Assembly: GCA_964016885.1 (NCBI GenBank)
Contig: OZ024746.1
Coordinates: 15,314,001-15,378,000, forward strand
DNA from: Eledone cirrhosa
Lineage: Eukaryota
Length of the DNA: 64,000 nucleotides
Direction of reading: 5' to 3'
The position numbers and the translations under genes were made by a program. Shown one piece after another: positions 1 to 17,076 of this stretch; position 1 is the stretch's first letter, and each line of letters starts with the position of its first letter. Under the pieces are notes generated by a model. It ran no database searches. It had not been told where the DNA came from and was given only the letters and a program-made list of their open reading frames with translations.

Positions 1-85
1 AACGAAAAGTGAGGAAGAAGGAGTCAACCCCTACAGGGGTTAAATATATATATTTAACCCTGTTATATCTTTTTTTTTTATTCAC

Positions 86-130
86 ACCACCTGATGAGAT
101 TTACAGTTCTCGAAACAAAACGTTCCATCG
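86..130 (+). ncRNA. Degenerate hammerhead-like core
   Basis: CTGATGA-GA..TC-GAAAC..GTT at 91-124, but no convincing stem I pairing. Confidence 0.3.
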
Positions 131-1086
131 CAGGAAACTTATAACGAAGTAAACTCCTACAGACTTCGTTTATATCCTAGAAATCGAGTTTAAATGTGTC
201 CGTCTATCCTTCCATACAAACTTTTGTCGCAGCCTAAGATATTATTTCATAATTTTATAAATGTTACTGAAGCAGTTTTGGTAAAAAATACCTCGCTATT
301 TCTAACTATGGTGCACCCTGTACAGTACGGAGGCGTCTTATTACCGAATATGTATGTGTGTGTGTGTGTGTGTGTGTTATGTATGTAACATACATATACA
401 TCATAGTTTCCCCACACCCCACTCTACCGACTTTCTTCTTTCCCTAGCCCCCCACTCTTCCCACTCCTCCTCCTCCTCCCTCAATCACTTATTGTTTTCA
501 CTCTTACATTTTCCAGATCTTTCTCACCGCATTTCTTTTCTCATCGGCTCCCTCTTTCACACACACACACACACAGCCCCCCTCCACACACACACTCACA
601 CACATCCCACCCCCACCCACCCACACCCACACACACATTCAAATCCAGTCATCCAAACACACGCCACCACACATACATTACACACACCCCACACACACAC
701 ACATAAACACATACATACACACACACATACACACATACATACGCACATACATACATACACACATACATACGCACATACATACATACATACACACATTGTT
801 GCATTTGGTCTTTCCCTAACGCTGCCAACCCCACACTGGCTCCCATATTCCACCAGCTGCTGCTGCTGCTGCTGCTCGTGATGATGATGGTGGTGGTGGT
901 GGTGGTGGTGGTGAAGTTGGTGGCGGTGGTGGTGGCGGTGGTGGTGGCGGCGACAGAAGGCTGCAGTATGTCATACCGGAGAGGAGGGTGTATTTATGTA
1001 AGTCAACAGAGAAAATAGAGCAGGTGTGAAGACAGAGTGGAATTGAGTTGAGAGATGGAAGACTGGGTGGGAGAGATGGACAGAGT

Positions 1087-1126
<40 letters not shown>

Positions 1127-1212
1127 GTGGGAGGGGGAGGGAGAGAGAGTGAGAGTGTGTGAGAGAGATGGAGGGAGCGAGATGGAAAGATGGGGGGGGG
1201 GGGGGGGGAAGA

Positions 1213-1248
<36 letters not shown>

Positions 1249-1415
1249 AATGGAATGAGAGTGAGAGAGCCATGGAGGGAGAGTGTGGGAGACCGATGGA
1301 GGGAGTGAAAAAGAGATGGGGATAGATAAAGTAGGAAAGAGAGAGAGAGAGACAGGGGTGGGAATTGAGTTATTGAGTGAAAGAGTTGGCTGGGAAGAAA
1401 TTAATTGAAAATTGG

Positions 1416-1463
<48 letters not shown>

Positions 1464-1559
1464 GAGAGGCGGGAGACCAGAACATATATTGTGAAAGAAG
1501 GTGGAGGAGGAGAGGCTGAATAAAAAGAGTGAAGATTACGGAAAGATAAACTAAATGAA

Positions 1560-1595
<36 letters not shown>

Positions 1596-2039
1596 TGGAG
1601 AGGAAGAGAGGAAGGAGGGAGAGAGAGAGAGAGAGAGTAGAATAATGAATATTGAGTGAGAGAGAAGATTGAAATTCCAAGGTAGGAGATGGAGAGAGAA
1701 AGGGGGGGGTTAGTGAAAGAGAGAGTAAAATCTAAAGAAAGAAAGAGAGAGGAGGAGAGGAGGAGTAAAATCTGAATAATGAAACAGAGAGGGGGGGGGG
1801 GTGATGTAGGAAAAATAGGGAGGTGGAGTGTGGAGGGGTGTTAGAGAAAGACAGAGATGTTGGAAAGAAAGAAAAATAGAATATATAAAATATAAATAAA
1901 TAAACATAAACAAGGACTGAAAGACAGAGAATGAGATATAGAGAGGGGGGGGGGAGAAAGAGTGGGAGGAGGGAAACAAAGAGAAAGAGAGTGGAGTGAT
2001 GGGGAAGAAAGACTGAGTGGAGTAATAGGGAGAAAAAAG

Positions 2040-2525
2040 AGAGTGGAAGAAAGAGAGTGGAAGAGAGAGGAGGTAGAAAGAGAGTGGAAGAGAGAGGGGG
2101 TAGAAAGAGAGTGGAAGAGAGAGGGGGTTGAAAGAGAGTGGAAGAGAGAGGGGTAGAAAGAGAGAGTGGAAGAGAGAGGGGGTTGAAAGAGAGTGGAAGA
2201 GAGAGGGGTAGAAAGAGAGAGTGGAAGAGAGAGGGGGTAGAAAGAGAGAGTGGAAGGGAGAGGAGGTAGAAAGAGAGAGTGGAAGAGAGAGGGGGTTGAA
2301 AGAGAGTGGAAGAGAGAGGGGTAGAAAGAGAGAGTGGAAGGGAGAGGAGGTAGATAGAGAGAGTGGAAGGGAGAGGAGGTAGAAAGAGAGAGTGGAAGAG
2401 AGAGGGGGTTGAAAGAGAGAGTGGAAGGGAGAGGAGGTAGAAAGAGAGAGTGGAAGAGAGAGGGGGTTGAAAGAGAGTGGAAGAGAGAGGGGGTAGAAGA
2501 GAGAGTGGAAGGGAGAGGAGGTAGA
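2040..2525. repeat. Purine-rich minisatellite (~25-28 bp, GAAAGAGAGTGGAAGAGAGAGGGGTA) at the end of a GA-rich low-complexity zone
   Basis: Direct tandem repetition. Confidence 0.85.
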
Positions 2526-3124
2526 TATGTGGAAAACTTAGGTTACGTTTTATTTACGTAAATACTGATATCAAATTTCAAGACGGGGAACAACAGAGCC
2601 GGGTTACTGGTTGGATAGGAGAATGGGTAGGTAAGAGGTGGGGATATAATGGGATGTTAGAGGAGGAGGAGGATACAGAACATTGACACAATACCCGCCT
2701 TAAGCCTCCTACCTTAACAATCCACCCGTCTATTGCTGAGGGGTGGTACTTTATTAGTTTTTTTTTCTTTTCTCAAAACGATTGTAACTATAACATTCAT
2801 TACTTAACTCTGTGGGCGACGTACAGTGGAGCTAATCTCCCGATATATCAAGTACGTGACCCGGTTTCAACTCCTACTTGCAGTCACTTCACATCACTTC
2901 ACATCATTTTATGTCGGGAATTCCCGTTAAAACAAAGCATGAATGTCACATAATCTATGCTTGTTTCCCTTCCAACCCTTCCTTTACTACCTGTCTTCTC
3001 TAAAGTCCTAGCAATGTATGAAGTCCTATAGCTTTTAGAGCCAGTATAATTGATAAGATATAACCTGGCTTCAATTTGCCTCAGGGCGGGGAATTGGCAG
3101 GGTCGATAGACCCGCAGATACAAT

Positions 3125-3415
3125 TCTTTGCGGTATTCGACTCGGCTTTACTCTCTGACTTCAAATACCACCTGGTTCAACTTTGCCTGTCATCCATTCA
3201 TTCGAGGTCGATTACAAAAGTACCAGTCTAGTACTGGAGTCGATTCTTCCTCTATATTTTTTTTCTCGCTTCCATTCTATCACTCTCTATACTTCTCTGT
3301 AAGGAATCTGCTGTATTCAGACGAGGTCAGAGATGGGCCCCGCCGAGTTTTAAAATGCCCTAGAAACATTGTATGTCAATACGACGTCCCTACGACTCTC
3401 TTTGGAGCTACGGAT
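3125..3415 (+). mobile_element. Degenerate SINE with extended 3' segment shared with 32891-33440 and 43222-43500
   Basis: B-box-like TTCAAAT, then AACTTTGCC..CATCC, AAGTACCAGT and the shared AAAATGCCCTAGAAAC..CCTACGACTC..GGAG.TACGG segment. Confidence 0.6.
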
Positions 3416-3996
3416 CTCTTCAATATCTTTGCTCTACGTTCGAATCCTAGGTATGTATGTAGTCCTAAGACTGTAGAGCATTGTAAAATTGATTTGAAAA
3501 TACTTGGGTCTACCATGAATTTGTGGCCTCGTTAGATTACAAGTAAGAACAATTTCAATTAACCCACATCGCTCATTCCTTCATTCTCCCCTTAACCATA
3601 TGAATGTCACAGTTTCTAAGATTCTCGCAACACTCCTAAAAATCCCACACCTCTTCTCTGGTGACAAAGTAAATTCCAAGTAAATTTTTCCCAGTTGAAA
3701 AAAGCTTCATTTAATGGCTTTGTAAAAGGTATAAATATCTCTTCAGTTTTATGTAGAATATTCTAAGTGTTTCTCACAAGACAATGGAAATGGCACTACT
3801 GATAACGTGTGTCTTTTGTGGTATTATTGTAACTACTTATGTCTGTTAAATCCTGCCCATACCTCACATCTTTTTTTTATTTCATCTGCCCAGCATCAAG
3901 GAATATATATATATATATAATATATTATATATATATATATATATATACATACATATATATATATACATAACATATATATATACATACATATTTATA

Positions 3997-4058
<62 letters not shown>

Positions 4059-4237
4059 AAGTTATATTTAAAATTGTTGGGTTACAATATATCCCCGAAA
4101 TATATATAATGAAATAAATATGGTTTTATAAATATAGTTTTCCATTTATTTAATATTGTATATATATATACTAGCCCCTAAACTATATATATATATATAT
4201 ATAGGGGATTAATGTGAGTTTTTAAACTCCGTTAATC

Positions 4238-4291
<54 letters not shown>

Positions 4292-4465
4292 TATTTTTTT
4301 TTTTTTAGTATGTGTTGGTTGTTTGCCGACACCTTAGTGTGCAGATTGGAGCACTCGATTCCAGTTCCTTGGAGGACTAACAACACACCCAGGAGCTGGA
4401 CATATCGATGTATTGACAGAGTGGAACACATTTCAACAACATGTTTACCTGTTTTCTCTCCATTA

Positions 4466-4528
4466 ATTCGTACTACCCGATGAGGTCAGCCAATAATAGC
4501 TGTCACTGAAATATATATAGCAGAGAAT
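4466..4528 (+). ncRNA. Minimal type I hammerhead-like motif (CCGAUGA core variant)
   Basis: CTAC-CCGATGA-GGT.CAGC/GCTG.ACT (stem II)-GAA-ATATATAT (palindromic stem III)-A-GCAG. Confidence 0.55.
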
Positions 4529-4791
4529 TTATAATAAACGAAGCCAAATTTAACATGTTTGACTTACTTATTTTATATATATATAGAGAGAGAGAGACAG
4601 AGAGAGAGAAAGGGAGTTAGATAGATAGTTAGTTTAGGGATTGTAACCTCAAGTTATTGTAGCTTCACCAAATTGAACACTCGCTGTGTAGTCTCCAATA
4701 TGTACTACTTTCGGGTTGTACTAAGCAGAGTGTAATAACAATAATATGGACGATGTCAAATTTATGCGACGCGCGTTTCGCGATTGATCAG

Positions 4792-4846
<55 letters not shown>

Positions 4847-5329
4847 ATATATATATCAGTAATATACTGAGGTTTATTCTATCTATGAAGCACCTCCAGT
4901 AGATGAAGGTCATATTTGCTGTGAAGTGAGCAATTGTATGAATTCGAATTATCTATCAATTTAAAGCTGATGGGCTACCGTGTCGATAGAACAGAAACTA
5001 ACCTTTATTATATTTCCAGCACTGTATCTAGGATAATGAACAACGTTTTTACAATTGACCACTTAATAGAACTGTAAATAAAAGAGGAGGGGCAATTTAA
5101 AAACGTGGAAGGCTGTGCCCCCTCATCTGACTAACGGTACAGGAGTTGGAGATAAGAATAGGCTCTTTGGATCCTTATTACTCGGAAAATAACGGATTAT
5201 ACTTTTGTCTGGTTATAGGCACTATGAGATTGATTCCTTTTATATGTATATATAACAAAGAAGGTGTGGTAAGATACCAGGTGACCATAACACACCAGGG
5301 TACTCGATACTTAGGGTATATATATAGTA

Positions 5330-5663
<334 letters not shown>

Positions 5664-6160
5664 CGTCCAGAATTAGCCGTCGAAACGGCTTGAGCTCAGC
5701 TGTCGGGGTCTTACTGGTTCCTATATATATATATTATATATATATATATATATAACCAAGTAACATGTAAATAAAACGAACACGGGACATATGTCAACAG
5801 CTTGGATGGGATCACCTATGTAAATTCGCATATATAAAGAAGTATCGATTAAGAGTCGGGAACCGATCGCCTGATCAAACCCTAGCTGATCGATATATAA
5901 ACAATTGTAATATGGAATAAAGTTTCACAAAAAGCTGCAATTCCTATTGTCACTATATATATATATATTTATAAGCATTTTCACTCCACACATGTATTGA
6001 GTACCTTATTTACTGTGATCACCCCCGACTCAACCAGATATATTTGACGACAATATTCGAAAACATGGCACCGAGTATGAAGAAGTTCTGTAGATAGTGG
6101 TTTCTGATTTAAGCACAAGTCCACCAATTTTTGGGGAGAGGAAAGTCGATTAAATCTGTG

Positions 6161-6347
6161 AATAATTGTTTCTACTTTTGGCGCAAGGCCAGCAATATAC
6201 AGTGCATTACTGGTACTTTATTTTATCGACCCTGTAAGGATGAAAGGCAAAGTTAACCTCGATGGGATTTGAACTCGGACCGTAAAGGGGACGTAACTAT
6301 GCTGGAAAGCATGGCGTCCGACCTACCGATACTGCCAATCCACCGCC
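6161..6347 (-). mobile_element. tRNA-derived SINE (family of 57937-58676)
   Basis: Reverse complement of GGCGGTGGATTGGCAGTATCGGTAG...GAGTTCAAATCCC...AAAATAAAGTACCAGTAATG...AGAAACAATT. Confidence 0.8.
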
Positions 6348-6598
6348 ATCAGCTAAATCTGTTAATAAAGACGAGTTGTTTGTTTATTTTAGATATATTT
6401 TTTATTCAGTCCACCGTTCGTCGGTCCACAGATAAATACAGAAAAACAGAAATACATGTTTACACATGTCAGAATATTTATTTACACAGTTATGCAGCTT
6501 AGAATAAAATATGTACTGTCACTGTAGATAGAGCGTGCGCGGCACACACACATACACATATACATTATATATACACACACTCGCGCGCGCGCGCACGC

Positions 6599-6691
<93 letters not shown>

Positions 6692-7013
6692 TTTAACAAT
6701 TCAAACACACTTGGATATGCGTCTACATGTGAACACATATGTGCGGAACTTCCAATTCCAGAGTCAAGATCTAGCATTAATCGATTGTTCTTCGATCTGA
6801 TCGGCAGTGACACATATGTATTACGTAATTGAATATGTAAATGATACAATACTGATTCTTTGTTCCCCACATCTTCTGACGAATGAAAAGCTTCTAATCT
6901 CATCGAAGTTATTTCTATAATAATAAAAATATAAATATTGTATAATATAATATATACATATATGTGTGTGATGAAACGGCTGGAGCTCAGTTATCGGGAC
7001 CCTGAATATTTTC

Positions 7014-7055
<42 letters not shown>

Positions 7056-7289
7056 ATTCATTCATGTATAGAGAGTTTCAGAAGATCCCGTTAAGGGTGA
7101 AACCAGCGATTCTTTGCTTAAACTTTAATCTGGACTTATAATAAATATGAATCTATATATATATATATACATATTTTATATATATATATATATGAATATA
7201 TATATATATGAACACACATATATATATATATGAATATATATATATATATATGAATATATATATATATATTCATATATAAATATTTTATA

Positions 7290-7403
<114 letters not shown>

Positions 7404-7573
7404 GTGTATATATATATATTTGTATATATATATAGGAAAACGTTTGACCCCGACGGCTAAGAGCTTTGCCGTCGGGGTCAAACTTTTTCCTATTACCCAC
7501 TCTATTACCCTAAGTGTTGAGTACTCTGGGGCTTTATGTTCCATCTGTTTCCTTACCATACCTCCTTCGTTAT

Positions 7574-7606
<33 letters not shown>

Positions 7607-7627
7607 CTGTACACATATATATATATG

Positions 7628-7656
<29 letters not shown>

Positions 7657-7658
<2 letters not shown>

Positions 7659-8463
7659 GTAAGTATGTATACGTACATACATATATGTATACAGACGTAC
7701 AGTATATATATACAGTGTATATATATATGTACGTATGGGTTTACCGAACTTTTACTATAATGTTCGGTTTGTTTGTAAACAAACAGCCCGAATTAAGCCG
7801 TACAGTGTTCGACATCCATCGTTGCCCTTTTGTTCAACACTGACAAAGGAACGATGAACTAGTTTCAAGCTTATTAGCTATCGTATATATATACACATAC
7901 TACTGTATATACATACATATTACTGTACGTCTGTATACATATATGTATGTGCGTATACATGCTTACATTTAAGTATCAGCCGTACTAAGAATGAGAAATG
8001 AAATTTCATTTCATTCTTTTCCATTTATCGTTTCGGTACGCCCGGCCGACTAACTCACTCGATATGCAAATTAGGCTGCTCAGCCGTTAATATGCATAAG
8101 GAAAGTATATACTTTCAAACGTTCACTCATCTGACAGGAAGGTATACGATGCTAACGATAGCTAATAAGGTTGAAACTAGTTCATCGTTCATTTGTCAGT
8201 GTTGAACAAAAGGGCAACGATGGATGTCGAACACTGTACGGCTTAATTCGGGCTGTTTGTTTATAAACAAACCGAACATTATAATAAATGTTCGGTAAAC
8301 ACATACGTACATATATATATATATATGTACAGTAGTATGTATATATGTACATATATGCATACTACTGTACGTCTGTATACATATATGTATGTACGTATAT
8401 ATGCTTACATTTAAGTAACAGCCGTACTAAGAGTGAGAAATGAAATTGCATTTCATTCTTTTC
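7657..8463. mobile_element. Diverged copy of the 466-bp HHR repeat: partial unit plus >1 inverted unit, (TA)n-flanked
   Basis: Homology to the 35747-36212 unit; HHR at 8146-8188 (+) with G5A-type core CTAACGA; octamer 8064-8071; GAAAGTATATACTTTC 8101-8116. Confidence 0.85.
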
Positions 8464-8473
8464 TATATATATA

Positions 8474-8532
<59 letters not shown>

Positions 8533-8674
8533 CATCTTACCCACGAGAAGTCATCTTCCTCACTGATTAACGAAAGTGTGCATTCTGGCCAGCTGGGTTC
8601 GTATTTTATTAATTGAGTGAGTGAGAAAACGATCGAAGCTATCTCTGTTCTATTACACACGTTTCGTCTCTTTA

Positions 8675-10150
<1,476 letters not shown>

Positions 10151-10375
10151 ATGCGTGAGTGCGTCTATCTGTATCTATCTTTACAGTTTATGTTCTGTAA
10201 ATTAGCTGATCGACAAAGGGAGATCGATATAATTAGTACCAGTCATAGCCGGACTGCTAAACCTCTAAACAAACAAAATAATAAAAGAATACACACACAC
10301 ACACATACATATATATATAAATATATATATACATACACATATTATATATATATGTGCGTGCATATATATATATGC

Positions 10376-10454
<79 letters not shown>

Positions 10455-10505
10455 GACACACACATATATATATATAGTATAAGAATAAATATACATATAT
10501 AAATA

Positions 10506-10547
<42 letters not shown>

Positions 10548-10737
10548 TATGTATAGCTGTACTTATATTTTTTACTAGTTAATGTTTGGAATTGATTTAT
10601 GTATTAAAGTAAATACAATCAAGTATATCTTTTCATGTATCAATTTCCCGCCATAAAAGGAAGTTTGCCTTTTACTTATCTCGCCTCTTTTCACTGCACC
10701 TTCTAAGTGGAAAGGCTCCGGAGTATTAGAGAGTCGA

Positions 10738-10769
<32 letters not shown>

Positions 10770-10847
10770 CACACGTATATCCACATATATATATTCATAT
10801 ATATATATTCATATTTATATATATATATGTATATACACACGTATATC

Positions 10848-10884
<37 letters not shown>

Positions 10885-10891
10885 GTATATC

Positions 10892-10951
<60 letters not shown>

Positions 10952-11055
10952 TATATATCTACAGATATATACATGTAATCATACATATATATGCATATAC
11001 ATACGTATGCATGCATACATACATACATACATGCATATATATATATATATATACA

Positions 11056-11117
<62 letters not shown>

Positions 11118-11120
<3 letters not shown>

Positions 11121-11298
11121 GAGGTGTGGTAAGATGCCACCAGAGTACTCGATATGTGGGGTAGTAGAGTGGATAATATGAAAATATTCCGGACACCGGC
11201 GGCTGAGCTCCGGCCGTTTCGACAGCTAGATCCGAACTAACTCATCAGTCTTTCGAAACGACCGGAGCTCAGCCATCGGGGTGCTGAATCTTTTCATA
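11118..11298 (-). mobile_element. HHR-bearing fold-back mini-element, family B; only copy retaining the CUGAUGA box
   Basis: Minus strand: CTGATGA-GTTAG.TTCGGAT.CTAGC.TGTC-GAA-ACGGCC.GGAGCTC.AGCCGC-C; homologous to 59198-59395. Confidence 0.75.
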
Positions 11299-11400
11299 TA
11301 TATATATATATATACGTAGGTCCCGGGTTGAGTCGGGGATAACCACAGTAAGTAAGGTACTCAATACATGGCAGAGTAAATTTTTTTATTTTATAGAAGG

Positions 11401-11451
11401 AGCTTCTACAGGACTAGTACTGTTTCATTCAGATGAAATCTTCAGGAAGCT
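11401..11451 (-). ncRNA. Type I hammerhead ribozyme (family C, within inverted repeat 11385-11510)
   Basis: AGCTTC-CTGAAGA-T.TTC.ATCT.GAA.T-GAA-ACAG.TACTAGTC.CTGT-A-GAAGCT: 6-bp stem I, 4-bp stem III, GUA site. Confidence 0.8.
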
Positions 11452-11922
11452 GAAGATTTCATCTGAATGAAACAGTACTAGTCCTGTAGAAGCTCCTTCT
11501 ATAAAATAAATATATATATATATATATATATAAACTGTTTTATTTGAAATTTGGTAGGGGTTCGAATCTGAACCGAAGTCGTTTTACTACAGTCTTTCAG
11601 TTATACACTTGCCTATTACTGGTTCTTATCCCATTTTTATTCAACTCCATGGCCTCGATTTTATGGGGAAAAACACACATACGTATGTATGCGTGTCAAA
11701 AATGTATCATACATACATACATACATACATACACACGTACATACATACAAACATACGTACGTACGTACATACAAACACTAGCGGAAAACCGCCTGGAAGG
11801 CTGCAGTGTTTATGCTAGTTGTATAGCTTAAAACATACATTAGTATAGATTTAGTTGTATATATTTCATCTCAATATAGATACATCTCTGTCTCTCTCTC
11901 TCTCCCCCTCTCTCTCTCTCTC

Positions 11923-11969
<47 letters not shown>

Positions 11970-13338
11970 ACTTAATTAAATACATACATACATATTGGCT
12001 ACATCTCGGTTTCGAGAATTGCCATCCCTTGATCTTTTACTCATAAATGGGTGGCACTAACGTGACTTAGATTCCTTTGTGCATATGCTGCAATGAAAGG
12101 GGGAAAAAGGCCATGTTCACACAACACACGTGAAAGTCATTAAGATCAAGTGATGCCTGTGTTTGAAGCTTTTTTAAGTGACGTAATGCCTTGTACTGGA
12201 CCAAACGGTGACTGATTATCCCCCCCCCCCAAAAAAAAAACCATTTCAACATCGTTGGCTGTCATCAAACTGAAGGTTTTACATCAGAGATTTTCTTCTC
12301 AGTAGAATAATAGTTTAGATTACATTTCTGCATAGTCCACCCTTATCTTCGTAATATCCCTATCCTAAGTTCTTTTTAATAATATCCTTAAACGATGAAA
12401 ACCTTCATTTTTTAAATTTAAGATTATATTTGATAAACAATTAAAATAATTAATACATTAAACTTTTACATTAAACCGCTGACATACACAAAAATAATTT
12501 TTACCTAACTTACATTAAGTAATTTATACCCAGACCAGACAAGACAAAGGTCAATAAGAGCTGAGTTGAGCAGATGTCTTCGTTGGAGGTCTTTTTATTA
12601 AAAAATGTCAGTCTCTTTCTCAAAATTCAAAGAGGCTGAAAATTCAAAGAGGCTCAAAATTCAAAGAGGCTCAAAATTTTAAATAAATAGATCCCGAACC
12701 AGTCTATCGACCCCTTACTCAGAGGCAGTTTTTTCGGCGTAGCCAAACCAGAAAGTCTGCATGGACTTACGATTTCAAGGGCGGGGCGTGTGGAGGACTA
12801 CTCTCCACAAATTCTAATTATTATACTCTATTGTACTCTATTATATATATATATATATATATATATACTTTTTTGGCGTCCTGTCCAGGGGGGAGTCTTA
12901 TACTCTCAGTCGCTTCACGCCATGAAACTGGGATAAGCACCGGCCAAATGAGCCTTCTGGCTTAAGACAGACTTTAGACTTTTTTTTTTAGATATACTCT
13001 TTTACTCTTTCCAGGCTACATGTGAATCTTTTTTAACAGTAACACAATCATAAACCCTGTATAAACAACAACTTGATTTAAAAAGCATTATTATTACGGT
13101 CAAATCCCGCCGAGGTTAACTTTGCCTTTCAGCCTTACGGGGTTGATAAAATAAAGTACCAGTAATGTACTGGATAATTGCTGGCCTTGTGCTAAATGTA
13201 GAAACAATTATTTTATTCTCGCTAATTCTACTCCAGTCAACGAGACATTTCCTATCTTCAATATACCCAACACTTTTATTAGTGTCAAACATCGAATTGA
13301 AAAAGAATTATCTGACGAAATTTCGAAATCACTGCCAC

Positions 13339-13384
<46 letters not shown>

Positions 13385-13562
13385 AATCCAAGTCAGGCAC
13401 TACTGTTGGAGGAATTCCTCCCTGGGTGACATCCATCGCTTTCTGCACACACAAACACACACACACGCGCACAGTCCACAAGCCTTTCATTAGAATTTAA
13501 GTCAACGGAAACTCAATATTGCGTAACTTAGTTTTTTTCCGATCTTCGTTGGAAGCCCATCC

Positions 13563-13670
<108 letters not shown>

Positions 13671-13813
13671 TATATAATATATATATAATATAATATATAT
13701 AATATAATATATATAATATATATATATATATAATATATATATAATATAATATATATAATATATATATATATAATATATAAGATATATAATATATATATAT
13801 AATATATATATAT

Positions 13814-13844
<31 letters not shown>

Positions 13845-14119
13845 ATATGTATATATAATATATATATATAATATATATATAATATATATATAATATATAT
13901 ATATAATATATATATATATAATATATATATAATATATATATATAATATATATATATAATATATAATATATATATAATATATATTATATATGGGTGAAAGC
14001 AGCGATTCTTTGCTTAAACTTTAATCTGTTATTTTAATATATATCTGGTTCTTATATATTTGATAGATATTTATCCTTATCGAGCCCTCTTTGGATTTTA
14101 GTCTTCACATTTTTATTAT

Positions 14120-14154
<35 letters not shown>

Positions 14155-14399
14155 TTCATCTATTGTGTGTGCATACACAAATATAGAAAGGCCTACATAT
14201 TACATATATTTAACACCACTGACCCTCCAACTGTGACCTCCCTGTAGGACACTTCATATATTGCATCTTATTAACTACTACAACTTCTCACTACCCTCTT
14301 TTCCAAGAAATATTCTATCTATGTGTTTCGACACATACAGGTATGCGTGTATATCTATACATACCTATATATATATATGTGTATATATATCTGCGAATG

Positions 14400-14464
<65 letters not shown>

Positions 14465-15479
14465 TTATTTTTATATATATATAAATATATTATATACCTA
14501 TATACGTTTGTATGTATGAATTCACATACATATACGTATACATGTATGCGTGTATATCTGTGCATGCATATACACATAAACGTATGCGTGTATATCTGTG
14601 CAAGCATATACATATACATATGTGTGTATATATATATACATGTGTGTATATATATTTTTGCACATACATATAATGTACATGTGTGTAAACGTATTTACAT
14701 ATTTGCATATAAGTATGTATGCATTCACTGGTCTTAATATGTATGTGTGTTTGCATGCATTAGTTATGTATATGTGTATGTGCATGCACTAGTCTATATA
14801 TGCATGTGTAAAATGCATGCATTGGTCTATATCTGTATGCATATATGCATGCACGTGTCAATGCATGTGTTGATGAGTATTTATGTATGCATTTATGAGT
14901 ATATGTTTTCATGTATGTATGTGTGACGATGTGTATACATACACATGCAAGTGTGTGTTGAAATGTGTGCGCTTCTGTGTGCAAATTATCCGTTAACTAA
15001 AATAGGACTGCTTCCAGTTTGAAGCGGAGTTGCGACTAATAAGGGATGAGAAAGGAGAAAGGGAGTATGATATTGTGGGTAGTGTGCTGTCTGGGGTAGA
15101 TTTCGGCTAGGGTAGGGCTGAAATAAGTTGCATTGTGGGGTAGCATGGAGCTTGGTGTTGCTGATAGTGATGAATTTGAAGGGGTTTGTTGAAGTGTTAT
15201 GAGGGTGTTCTGGGTATGGGGCTGGAGATAGACGACACACTGTTACAGTAGTGGAAGGTAGAGGTGTCGGGTGGTGGTGTTGGTGTTGGAGATATATCAG
15301 GAGAGTGTTATGGGGCGTATTATGGAGGATAATAGAATGAGGGCTGTTGGTGGAGTGATGATCCCGAATTTAGCTTCGATCTAAGCATTTTATCAAATGA
15401 GGAGGAGTTCGTATTAAAAAGGGGAGGAGTGAGAGGGGGAGAGAAAGAAAAGGAAAGGGAGGAAGAGAGAGAAAGAGAA

Positions 15480-15810
15480 AGTGAGATAGGAAGAAAGAGT
15501 GAGAGAGAAGGAGAGAGAGATGTAAGAGAGTGAGAGAGAAGGAGAGAGAGATGTAAGAGAGTGAGAGAGAAGGAGAGAGAGAGATGTAAGAGAGTGAGAG
15601 AGAAGGAGAGAGAGATGTAAGAGAGTGAGAGAGAAGGAGAGAGAGAGATGTAAGAGAGTGAGAGAGAAGGAGAGAGAGAGATGTAAGAGAGTGAGAGAGA
15701 AGGAGAGAGAGATGTAAGAGAGTGAGAGAGAAGGAGAGAGAGATGTAAGAGAGTGAGAGAGAAGGAGAGAGAGAGATGTAAGAGAGTGAGAGAGAAGGAG
15801 AGAGGGAGAT
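15480..15810. repeat. ~31-33 bp GA-rich minisatellite (GAGAGATGTAAGAGAGTGAGAGAGAAG) followed by (TGTA)n tract 15988-16563
   Basis: Direct tandem repetition. Confidence 0.85.
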
Positions 15811-17010
15811 AGAGAGGGAGAGGGAGAGGGAGATAGAGAGGGAGAGGGAGATAGAGAGGGAGATAGGGAGTGAGGGAGGGGGTGAATAGAAGAATGAGAG
15901 GCTGAAGGAAAGGGAAAAAGAAACGAGAGAAAGAGACAGTCGCTTAAGCACACCCACACACATATATAAGATAGTAAGGAACGTGTAAGTGTATGTGTGT
16001 GTATGTGTGTGTATGTATGTGTATGTGTATGTATGTGTGTGTATGTATGGTTATGTGTGTGTATGTATGTGTGTGTATCTGTATGTGTATGTGTGTATGT
16101 ATGTGTATGTGTATGTATGTGTATGTATGTGTATGCGTATGTATGTATGTGTATGTATGTATGTGTATGTATGTATGTGTATGTATGTATGTGTGTGTAT
16201 GTATGTATGTATGTGTGTGTATGTATGTGTATGTATGTATGTGTATGTATGTGTGTGTATGTATGTGTGTGTATGTATGTGTGTATGTGTGTATGTGTGT
16301 GTATGCGTATGTATATGTATGTGTTGTGTATGTATGTGTATGTGTATGTGTGTGTATGTGTATGTATGTGTGTGTATGTATATGCATGTGTATGTATATG
16401 TATATGTATGTGTGTATGTGTATGTATATGTATGTGTATGTATATGTATGTGTATGTGTGTGTATGTATATGTATGTGTATGTATATGTATGTGTATGTG
16501 TATGTATATGTATGTGTATGTGTATGTATGTGTATGTGTATGTGTATGTATGTGTGTGTATGTGAGAGAGAGGGGTGTGTGATGGAGGGAGATGTAGGGA
16601 GGAGGGGTGGTGGTAAGAGACAGTGATAGATTGAAGGGGGAAATAAATGTCTCCCTGAATACTGTATGTTGAAACACGTGGATTCCATATGCCACAGTAA
16701 AGGACGGGACAGGACCCTCGGTACACCACCACCACCATTATCATCATCATCATCATCATCATCACCATATACCGCAGTGGAGGACGGGACAGGACCCTCT
16801 GTACCGCCATCACCATCACCACTACCAGTAAAGGACGGGACAGGACCCTCTGCACACTGCTACCATCGTCACCACGACGACCACTACCACCACCACCGCT
16901 ACCCGTAGTGAAGGACGGGACAGGGCCCTCTTCTCACCGCCACCGCTACCATCGCTAAACTCCACCAATACTGCCCTTAACTGTCACTATCATAGTATTA
17001 TACATTAGTA

Positions 17011-17076
<66 letters not shown>

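Noticed and set aside
12050-12190. E-box/CRE-like motifs (CACGTG, TGACGTAA) as an enhancer
   Set aside because: Short motifs expected by chance; no supporting context
16695-16930. Four ~25-bp repeats (CAGTAAAGGACGGGACAGGACCCTC) with variable spacers, CRISPR-like
   Set aside because: Spacers are related CAC/CAT low-complexity sequence of unequal length, so this is a minisatellite with internal microsatellite slippage
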